This document shows positions 56,519 to 64,000 of a stretch of DNA of 64,000 nt, in pieces. The position numbers were made by a program, and so were the translations under genes. Source of the DNA: Candidatus Krumholzibacteriota bacterium (GTDB lineage Bacteria > Krumholzibacteriota > Krumholzibacteriia > JAJRXK01); assembly GCA_963764625.1 (NCBI GenBank), contig CAVXTH010000006.1, positions 448,001 through 512,000 of the forward strand, given 5' to 3'. Each line of letters opens with the position of its first letter. The stretch's first letter is position 1. The notes below the pieces were generated by a model. The model worked only from the letters and a program-made list of their open reading frames with translations, did not search any database and was not told the origin of the DNA.

Positions 56519-57511
56519 GTGAACCGCTCCCTTATGGCCATCTTGGCCGCACTCATCATCGTGACCGCATTCTCAGGGAACGCCCTGGCGGTGAGCCAAG
56601 CAGGCGCGATCTCCCTGACCTTTCCCATCGGCGCGCGGTACAACGCGCTGGGAGAGTCAGGAACTGCGCTGAGCACGGACCTCGCTGCCATGTGGTGGAA
56701 CGTGGGAGGATTCGCCTTCGCTGCGGATGGCGGAAAACGCCGCGGATTCGAATTCATGGACACCAAGCTCGTGCCCGATTTGGCCGACGATGTTCGGCTG
56801 GACTACTTCAGCTACGGTCAGTACGTGGAAGGTTGGGGGATGATGGGAGCGTATCTCACCTACCTCAACAACGGGGTCCAGCAGAAAACCGATGAAGGCG
56901 GACAGAACCTGGGCACATTCAAGTCCTACGAGTTCTCGATCGGCTTCGCCTACGGGGTCAAGATAACTCCCCGCCTGGGAATTGGAGTCGGCGTCAAGTA
57001 CTTCCGCAACGAACTGGCGCCCGACAGCGCGACCCAAGACCGAGGCTCGGGCACGGGTTCGACCTGGGCTATCGACACCGGTTTGCACTATCGCGTCAGT
57101 GACGCGCTGAACTTCGGCGCGGCGCTCACGAACCTCGGGCCGGACATCACCTTCATCGATGCCGATCAGTCCGACCCCATGCCCCTCAGTCTGCGGCTGG
57201 GAGCCTCGATGGTGGCCTACCAGTCCGAATACATGGGATTCCTAGTCGTCGGCGACTACCTCAAGAGTCTGGTGAGTCAGGATGACACCCAGATCTTTGG
57301 TGGCGGCGTCGAATGGAATTACGTGCAGAGCCTCTACATTCGTGTGGGCTACAAGCACGACCAGGAGGGGGAGATCAAGGACTACACGTGGGGGATGGGA
57401 GTCGATCTGACGCGTTGGACGGGCCAGTCGATCTCCGTCAATTACGCCAGCGTGCCCCAGGCCACCGGTTTGGACCGCGTCTCCCGGATTTCTCTCAGCT
57501 TCCTGTTTTAG
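56519..57511 (+). CDS. porV: PorV/PorQ-family outer-membrane beta-barrel
   Basis: Signal peptide, GAISLTFPIGARYNALGE, amphipathic strands, NLGP.I, SDPMP..LRLG, terminal Phe. Directly follows porU. Confidence 0.8.
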   Translation: MNRSLMAILAALIIVTAFSGNALAVSQAGAISLTFPIGARYNALGESGTALSTDLAAMWWNVGGFAFAADGGKRRGFEFMDTKLVPDLADDVRLDYFSYGQYVEGWGMMGAYLTYLNNGVQQKTDEGGQNLGTFKSYEFSIGFAYGVKITPRLGIGVGVKYFRNELAPDSATQDRGSGTGSTWAIDTGLHYRVSDALNFGAALTNLGPDITFIDADQSDPMPLSLRLGASMVAYQSEYMGFLVVGDYLKSLVSQDDTQIFGGGVEWNYVQSLYIRVGYKHDQEGEIKDYTWGMGVDLTRWTGQSISVNYASVPQATGLDRVSRISLSFLF

Positions 57512-57574
57512 GGCAGGCTTCTGGGGCGGGTCTCGCAAGGCCGGTCCCTGGAGTTCAGAGCCGGAGGTCAGCGA

Positions 57575-60500
57575 ATGTCGCGCCGAGCAAGTCAGGGCCT
57601 AGGAACTTCGTCCAGTGCGTCACGGACGGCGGCTCTGCGTGCGATCGGATTGTCTTGTCTGCTCCTGTGGGGGTTGGCGCTCCCGAAATGTGCCGATGCG
57701 GCCCAGCCGAGACAGTCCGACGAGGTGCACGTGCGTTCGTTTCCTTCGCTCACGGTTCGCCGCTCGCTTCCCCCCAGCCAGCTTCCTTTGGATCAGCTGC
57801 AATCGCTGGAGAAACTGGGGGAGTCCGAACAACTGATTCTGCGTCATCTTGGGCCCCACGGGGTCTCGCGAAAGGGCCTGGCACGGGCCCGCGCTCGCCG
57901 GGAGCTCGTTTCCACGAAGGGTCTCGCCGCAGCGGGCGTCGACACGCTGCACGTCCTGGTCGTCCTCATCGACTTCGATACCGACCGTTCCGGTTCGTTG
58001 ACCAGTGTCACCGAGGACGGCGGGTTCGCTTGCGATCCCGATACTTCCATCATCTTCGATCCTCCTCCTCACGATCGGAATTTCTTCGGGGCCCACATCG
58101 AAGGCCTGGGACGATTCTGGTCGTCGATGAGCAACGGTCGACTCGTGGTGGACGCGCGGGTGTATCCGCCCGTCGATCCCACTTCGAACCGTTACCCGTG
58201 CAACGGGATCAGTCTGAGTGACATTGCCGATTACGGTCCGGGCTCGGGAGGGTTCTGGGACATCGACGGTCTGGTGAGGCTCGTGCAGGACATGATCAAG
58301 GCCACCGATGAAGCGTCTCTGGATGATCCAAGCCTCAATCTGGCCGACTTCGACTTCGACAATCCCAACACCTACGTGATCTTCGCGCACGCCGGGGGGG
58401 ACCTGCAGAGCAACCTGGTGTGGGATCCGGGCGTGGAGGGGTATTCGCCCAACGACATCCCCACTTTCTTCGTTCTGCTGGGCGACTCCGACACGGTGCA
58501 ATTGCAGTCGGTGGACGACCTCACCCACACCCAGGGACTGATGAGCGAGTGCAGCATCATCCCGGAGAGCACGACGCAGGACGGATTGCTGGGGAGCATC
58601 GCGGCGGCCCTCTACCACGAATTCGGTCACTCTCTGGGTCTGCCCGATCTCTACAGCACCTACACCGGACAACCGGCCGTAGGGTGGTGGGATCTCATGG
58701 GCAGCGGAACGAACCTGGCGGCCAACGTGCAACTCGAGGCCGGAGCGGATCCGGTGCAGGTCACCGGTCTGCTTCCGCCGAGCATCGGGCTGTGGTCGAA
58801 GTGGTTTTTGGGTTGGATCGACCCCATTCGCGCGGGCGCGCAACCGAAGACGATCGATCTGCCGGCTTCCTATCTGCAGGATCGCGACGACAAAGGGCTC
58901 CTTCTGGATACCGGAAACGACGAGTTCTTCCTGGTGGAGAATCGCTGGATTCCCCCCTTCGTTCCCCTCGACGCCGGCGGCAACCCCGAGTGGGCGTTGA
59001 TTCGCGACCAGAGCTCGGGGGTCGTGCTCTATTTGGGCGAGAACACCAACGTGGTTCGTCCCAAGAACACCAACCTCTACGACTTCTTCATGCCCTGGGA
59101 GGGAGGAGCGATGGTGTGGCGGGTGCGTCAAGGTCTGATCGACCAGCGCATCGGTACGAACGAAGTCCAGCGACTGCCGGGAGACTCCGGCCTGGAAATC
59201 GTGGAGGCCGACGGGATTCAGGACATCGGGGTGTTCGACTTTCGCACTTTCGGATTCGTGGGGAGCGGAAACGATGCTTTTCGTGCCCCGGGAGTCTATG
59301 CGAATCCGCCCCAACAACCCCTCTACAGCGTGGGCTTCGATTCCACACAGACCGCCTTCGGTCCCACCACAACTCCCAGCAGCGAGAGTGCGCTGCGCGT
59401 TCCAACCGGGGCCGCGATCTGGGACATCTCCCGCAGCGACACCGTCATGACGATGAAGACCGCTCTGTTCGCCTCGCAAGTGAGCGACAACTCTCATTTT
59501 CCCGTGGTGTTGCCTCCGGTGGATGGCGCAGAGGGACCGGTTCCTCTTCGGGGAGACGCGAGGAGCGTGGCGCATGTGGGAGGACTCGACGCCACCAGCA
59601 CTCCCGAACCGGCGATCCTGGTGAGCGCGACGCCCTCCGACGGTAGCCCGGGCGCGACCGTGTTCGCCTTCACTCCACAGGGCGATCCGATCGCCAGTGG
59701 AATCGCGGCCTCTCTCAGCGGGCCCACCGCCGGCCCCATCGCCTCTCTGCCCTCCTTCCGCGGCGCCGCCGCCTACGCGTTGATGACGGTCGACGGAAGC
59801 GTGGACGTGAGGGACGCCGATCTTCGAAACGGCGGCGGCTCGCTCTCGGGATTTCCGCTCGCACTCGGTGATTCGATCACGGCCGGACCGATCGTGGTGC
59901 GGCGAGGATCCGAGTCACTTCTGCTGGGGGCAAATTTGCCCGCGAGTCGATTGCACCTCGTCCAGGAGAACGGAACCATCCGCGACGATTGGACCAACTG
60001 GGAATCCCAGGGCGGACTTGGACTGAACCCGAGCGAAACGCTCAGAAGCGTGCCCGTCGCCGCGGATCTGGACGGGAACGGTCAGGTGGAATCGATGGTT
60101 TTCGTGGCGGGGGCTCGCATCGTGGGGTACGACCTCACGGGACAATCTCCGACTCGAGTCCTCGATCTTCCCATTTTGGGGAAGCTGGGAGAGATCGGTG
60201 CCCAGTCGAGCTTCGCGCTCACCGCGTGGCCCTCCGAGGAGGGTCTCGCCCCCGATCGGATCCTGGTGGAATACAGCGAAGCGCGGAGCGGCGCGCCCGA
60301 CGCCATTCTGTTGCGGGTGTTCTTCAGGAGCGGTGGCTGGGACTCCGAATTTTTCGGAGAGGGGATGCCGCTTCCGCTCACCGGCCCCGCGGCGCTGGGC
60401 GACCTGGATGGCGATGGCCACCGCGATGTGGTGGTCATGGATCGTGAGAGGATTTGGGCCTACGGGGGCCCGAGCGGTGCCTCTCTGGTGGGCTTCCCGG

Positions 60501-61237
60501 TGCCCCTGCGCGATCAGCATCTCGTCAGCTCGGGTGAGCGGCTCGTGGACGAACCCAAGGGCAGTGCCATCATCGCGGACGTGGATGGCGACGGTCAGAA
60601 CGAGCTGGTGTTCGAGAGTGCTCTGGGGCTGCTCTACGCCATGGAAAAGGACGGAAAGGACAGCGCCGGCTACCCGCGGAAAGTGAGCGGTGGGGGCGTG
60701 GTTTCCCCTCAGCTCTACGACTATCTCGACGGGGCTCAGCCCCGCCGGGCGATCCTGCTCTTCGAGGCCGCAGGAGATACGGTGGCCCAGGGAGGCGCCC
60801 TCCGCAGCCCGCGTCTGCAGAAGATCGAACTTCCGCCTCCCCCGCAGCCGCGCGCCGATCAGCGTCTGGCGGAATGGCGGGGTCTTTCGGGAAGCGTATT
60901 GCGCCAGGGAAGAGGTGTGGTGGGGCAGGGGCCCCAGAGTTCCGTGGCGGTTGCGAACGAGGACCGTGGGGCTTTCGTCTATCCCAATCCCGCCGGCGCG
61001 CAGTTGTACGCGCGGGTGCGTTTCGAAAGCGGTGGGGTGCAGACCGCGTCGGCGACCCTCATGAACGTGGAAGGTCAGGAGCGCTACACCGCCACGAAAG
61101 AGATCACGACGGCGGGGACCAACGAGATCGATCTGCCCATCGAGACCCTGGCTTCCGGTCCCTACCTGTGCCGCATCGAGTACCTGGCTCCTGCCGGTCG
61201 GCGGGTCGAAGTCATCCCCTTCTACATCGAGCACTGA
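57575..61237 (+). CDS. M6 (immune inhibitor A-like) metalloprotease with FG-GAP repeats and T9SS-type CTD
   Basis: IFAHAG, HEFGHSLGLPDLY, WDLMG.G, LGWI, FLVENR; DLDGNG, DLDGDG and DVDGDG repeats; C-terminal VYPNP...LASGPY. Confidence 0.85.
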   Translation: MSRRASQGLGTSSSASRTAALRAIGLSCLLLWGLALPKCADAAQPRQSDEVHVRSFPSLTVRRSLPPSQLPLDQLQSLEKLGESEQLILRHLGPHGVSRKGLARARARRELVSTKGLAAAGVDTLHVLVVLIDFDTDRSGSLTSVTEDGGFACDPDTSIIFDPPPHDRNFFGAHIEGLGRFWSSMSNGRLVVDARVYPPVDPTSNRYPCNGISLSDIADYGPGSGGFWDIDGLVRLVQDMIKATDEASLDDPSLNLADFDFDNPNTYVIFAHAGGDLQSNLVWDPGVEGYSPNDIPTFFVLLGDSDTVQLQSVDDLTHTQGLMSECSIIPESTTQDGLLGSIAAALYHEFGHSLGLPDLYSTYTGQPAVGWWDLMGSGTNLAANVQLEAGADPVQVTGLLPPSIGLWSKWFLGWIDPIRAGAQPKTIDLPASYLQDRDDKGLLLDTGNDEFFLVENRWIPPFVPLDAGGNPEWALIRDQSSGVVLYLGENTNVVRPKNTNLYDFFMPWEGGAMVWRVRQGLIDQRIGTNEVQRLPGDSGLEIVEADGIQDIGVFDFRTFGFVGSGNDAFRAPGVYANPPQQPLYSVGFDSTQTAFGPTTTPSSESALRVPTGAAIWDISRSDTVMTMKTALFASQVSDNSHFPVVLPPVDGAEGPVPLRGDARSVAHVGGLDATSTPEPAILVSATPSDGSPGATVFAFTPQGDPIASGIAASLSGPTAGPIASLPSFRGAAAYALMTVDGSVDVRDADLRNGGGSLSGFPLALGDSITAGPIVVRRGSESLLLGANLPASRLHLVQENGTIRDDWTNWESQGGLGLNPSETLRSVPVAADLDGNGQVESMVFVAGARIVGYDLTGQSPTRVLDLPILGKLGEIGAQSSFALTAWPSEEGLAPDRILVEYSEARSGAPDAILLRVFFRSGGWDSEFFGEGMPLPLTGPAALGDLDGDGHRDVVVMDRERIWAYGGPSGASLVGFPVPLRDQHLVSSGERLVDEPKGSAIIADVDGDGQNELVFESALGLLYAMEKDGKDSAGYPRKVSGGGVVSPQLYDYLDGAQPRRAILLFEAAGDTVAQGGALRSPRLQKIELPPPPQPRADQRLAEWRGLSGSVLRQGRGVVGQGPQSSVAVANEDRGAFVYPNPAGAQLYARVRFESGGVQTASATLMNVEGQERYTATKEITTAGTNEIDLPIETLASGPYLCRIEYLAPAGRRVEVIPFYIEH

Positions 61238-61251
61238 CGGGAGGAGAAAGC

Positions 61252-62226
61252 ATGCGCATCTTCACTTCAGCTCTTCTGTTCCTCGTTCTTTACACTTTGC
61301 CCGCGCTGGCAGCCGAAACCTCGACGCCACCCCGCGAGAGTGTCGCTTCGCCCCATCTGGTCTCCCGGGTCTCTTCCACTCAAATTCTCCAGGGCAAAAA
61401 GGAAACGGTACCGCCCAGCTACCGGTTCAGCGCGGAGCAAGCGGATGAGGTTCTGGCGCAGGGGGAAGAGCCGGTTCCCAACTGGGAGGAAAATCAATCC
61501 AATGGCGCTCCCAAGCGCTGGTGGCCCCTGGCCCTCTCCGCCGCGGTTCCCGGGCTTGGCGAAGCGGTGACCGGGCACAGACGCGGTTATCTGTTCATGG
61601 CCGCTGATGCGGCTTCCATTTATGGCGCTGTGCATTACAACAAGAAGGGGGACGACAAGGAGGCGGAGTACATCGCTTTCGCCGACGCGCACTGGTTTCA
61701 AGACCAATGGGAGGAGGCGTTGCGAACCGTGGACACCTCACCTTGGTTCGGCACGGACTACCGCGGCAAGAGCAAGGAAGACGTGCCCCTCTGGGTATCC
61801 AAGGAACAGGATGCGCGCGAGTACTACGAGAATCTGGGAAAGTGGGACATCTTCTGGTACGGCTGGGAGGACTCCAAACCGCGCAGCATCGGTGATACGG
61901 ACATCACATGGGACTGGACGAATCCTCCCCCGGACTTCATCACCCCGCTGCGCAACCAGTACCTCGACATGAGAACGGCGAGCAACGACGCCTACGGCAA
62001 TCGAGACAAGTTTCTCACCGCGAGTCTGCTTTTGCGACTGTTCAGCGTCCTGCAGGTCGCCTATCTCGAGGGCTTCATCGGCGGCCACTACAACAGCGAT
62101 TACCAGGGACCAGGGGTCGGCGGCTCCCTGGCCCATCTTCAGAAGAGTCACGGCGCGCAAGTGAATTGGTTTGTCGATGCGCAGAACATCGACAACACCC
62201 GCTTGGGCCTACAGGTGAGGTATTGA
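61252..62226 (+). CDS. DUF5683-like secreted/outer-membrane protein, paralog 1
   Basis: Signal peptide; ALSAAVPGLGE..G, EYYENLGK; C-terminal amphipathic strands ending in Tyr. Confidence 0.6.
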   Translation: MRIFTSALLFLVLYTLPALAAETSTPPRESVASPHLVSRVSSTQILQGKKETVPPSYRFSAEQADEVLAQGEEPVPNWEENQSNGAPKRWWPLALSAAVPGLGEAVTGHRRGYLFMAADAASIYGAVHYNKKGDDKEAEYIAFADAHWFQDQWEEALRTVDTSPWFGTDYRGKSKEDVPLWVSKEQDAREYYENLGKWDIFWYGWEDSKPRSIGDTDITWDWTNPPPDFITPLRNQYLDMRTASNDAYGNRDKFLTASLLLRLFSVLQVAYLEGFIGGHYNSDYQGPGVGGSLAHLQKSHGAQVNWFVDAQNIDNTRLGLQVRY

Positions 62227-62228
62227 TC

Positions 62229-63014
62229 ATGCGCGCAAAGTCGACGATTGCCTTGATGACCGCGATCCTGTTCGCCGCGCTCGGTGCGGCGCGCGCGGAC
62301 GACGGTGGGCGCTTGAGTTCTCTCATGCGCGAGAGTTCGCAAATCGCGGTGGCGCAGCAGACCACCGAGGGTCAGGTGACCGCCCCGGTGTTCGGAGGGG
62401 AGATCGGGTCCCGTCTGAAGCATGCCTCCCATTCTCTTTTACTTCCCGGCTGGGCTCAGCTTCGTTCGCATCACGCTTACCGGGCCGCGTTCTTTCTGAC
62501 GACGGAGGCCGCGATCTGGACCTCGTTCGCGGTGTTCAAAGCGCAAGGACACAGCCGCGAGAACAGCTATCAGGAGTACGCGGTGAATTTCGCTGGCATC
62601 GATGCCGGTAGTCGCGACGACAACTACTGGCGCTCGCTGGGGAGTTACCGCGACAGTGACGCCTACAACGAGGACCGTCGCCGCGACCTGCGTATCGGCC
62701 TCGACCCATCCGGGCCGGAGTACGCCGGAGGAGATGCCTGGCAGTGGCAGAGCGAAGCACGCTTCGAGGACTACAATGCGCTGCGAAGAGACGCCAACAG
62801 TGCCTACGATCATGCGGATCTGGTGGTGGTTCTGGCGCTGGTCAACCGTCTCGTCTCGTTCATCGACGCCATGCGTAGCGGCCCCCCGAGCTCCGAGTCC
62901 GACGGTACCCAGGACCATCTTCTTCAGGCGGGCGGCTTCGGAATGGACCTCGGCGTCGGCCCCGATTGGAGTGGAGGCGTGGCCTCCTCGCTCACTCTCA
63001 GCCGGAGCTTCTAG
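62229..63014 (+). CDS. DUF5683-like secreted/outer-membrane protein, paralog 2
   Basis: Signal peptide; SLLLPGWAQ, WQW.S, NRLVSFIDA; C-terminal strands ending in Phe. Confidence 0.6.
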   Translation: MRAKSTIALMTAILFAALGAARADDGGRLSSLMRESSQIAVAQQTTEGQVTAPVFGGEIGSRLKHASHSLLLPGWAQLRSHHAYRAAFFLTTEAAIWTSFAVFKAQGHSRENSYQEYAVNFAGIDAGSRDDNYWRSLGSYRDSDAYNEDRRRDLRIGLDPSGPEYAGGDAWQWQSEARFEDYNALRRDANSAYDHADLVVVLALVNRLVSFIDAMRSGPPSSESDGTQDHLLQAGGFGMDLGVGPDWSGGVASSLTLSRSF

Positions 63015-63019
63015 AAGGC

Positions 63020-63985
63020 ATGAGCTGGCGCTTCGCCATCTGCGTTCCCCTCGCCGTTTCGTTTCTAAGCGCGTGCGGACAGGCGCCTTCGCCCCGGCTC
63101 TACGGCCTGGACAAAGTGGACGCTCCGGCTCCCCGCAGCTTTGAATTTGAGGGCTCCTTCGAAAATCGGAAGTCGGAGCCCTATGCCCCCCTGATGCAAC
63201 TGTCGTCGGTGGCCGTATTGCCCGACGGCCGCCTGTTCTTCGCCGACGTCGGAAGCGGACGCATTCACGGCTTCGACGCGAAGGGCGAGTACATCGGGGC
63301 GACGGACCGTCCCTCCATTGGTTTCGCGCCTCTGGATCTGGCAAGTCTCAACTTTCATCTCTATGCCCTCGATCGCAGTGAACAGAAGCTCTACCGCTTC
63401 AACGAAGACGGGGCATTGCGCGATCTGGTGCTCGACCTGAGGGCGGTCGATCCCGCCCGTCCGGTGCGGGTGGGGGCGATCGATTTCGACGAAGACGGCC
63501 GCCTGGCTCTGGCGGATGAAGCGGGGCACCGCGTGGTCGTTACCAGTCCCTTTCTCAAGTTCGATTATTCCGTCGGTGAATACGGGCAGTTCTTGGGACA
63601 GCTCAACCGGCCGGACGGGGTGTGCTTTTCTCCCGGTGGTCTCCTGTACGTCTCCGACCGGGGAAATTCGAGGGTGGAGGTCTTCGACGAAACCGGCCAA
63701 GTGCTCGGCGCGACGCCGGGTTTGGAGGCGATCAAGCCCATGATGGTGGCGCCGGCCGGGATCGACACTGACCGCTTCGGAAACGTGTATGTCACGGACG
63801 CGGGGATGGGAGTGGTGCATGTCCTGGCTCCCGATCTCCATTATCTGGCCGCGGTGGGAGGTGATGAGTTCGCCCCCGATCACATGAGATCTCCCGTCGA
63901 TTGCGTGGTGGGGCAGGACGATCGTCTCTACGTGATAGATGCGGGTCGCAACGTCCTGCTCGTCTATCGAATCGTCTTCCCCTGA
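63020..63985 (+). CDS. NHL-repeat beta-propeller lipoprotein
   Basis: Lipobox FLSA-C; repeats such as P.GVC.SP.GLLYVSDRGNSRV and PAGIDTDRFGNVYVTD. Confidence 0.82.
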   Translation: MSWRFAICVPLAVSFLSACGQAPSPRLYGLDKVDAPAPRSFEFEGSFENRKSEPYAPLMQLSSVAVLPDGRLFFADVGSGRIHGFDAKGEYIGATDRPSIGFAPLDLASLNFHLYALDRSEQKLYRFNEDGALRDLVLDLRAVDPARPVRVGAIDFDEDGRLALADEAGHRVVVTSPFLKFDYSVGEYGQFLGQLNRPDGVCFSPGGLLYVSDRGNSRVEVFDETGQVLGATPGLEAIKPMMVAPAGIDTDRFGNVYVTDAGMGVVHVLAPDLHYLAAVGGDEFAPDHMRSPVDCVVGQDDRLYVIDAGRNVLLVYRIVFP

Positions 63986-64000
63986 GCGGGGGTGGGCCAG

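Noticed and set aside
1-64000. CRISPR arrays, IS elements, prophage, inteins, rRNA
   Set aside because: No periodic repeats, transposase, integrase or phage motifs were seen; dnaE is normal length.

Overview
GC-rich, densely coding bacterial chromosome segment with about 48 protein genes. No rRNA, tRNA, CRISPR array or mobile element was recognised. FlgD/T9SS-type C-terminal domains, PorU/PorV and a Bacteroidota-like SPT suggest a diderm FCB-related lineage, perhaps Latescibacterota/Krumholzibacteriota/Eisenbacteria-like (inference). Housekeeping genes include rocD, aceE, etfBA, folK-dNK-panB-panC, a short glmU, tatA, mrfA/mrfB, a ppiD-like gene, dnaE and accA. The main points of interest are: (1) a tight five-gene candidate ceramide/sphingolipid operon (DUF2270, spt, bCerS-like GNAT, CerR-like SDR, AUR1-like PAP2 phosphotransferase) with a divergent GT4; (2) a T9SS-like attachment locus (porU, porV, M6 protease, two DUF5683-like paralogs, NHL lipoprotein); (3) a Rho whose N-terminal RNA-binding domain is replaced by an Arg-rich disordered segment; (4) a fungal-type single-chain homoaconitase; (5) a HisKA-receiver protein with no ATPase domain; (6) an orphan BoxB/PaaA-like diiron protein with a palindromic operator. 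Four single-base frameshifts (glmU, M23, porU twice) fall in short homopolymers and look like sequencing errors. All family assignments come from motifs recognised by eye; no database searches were run.
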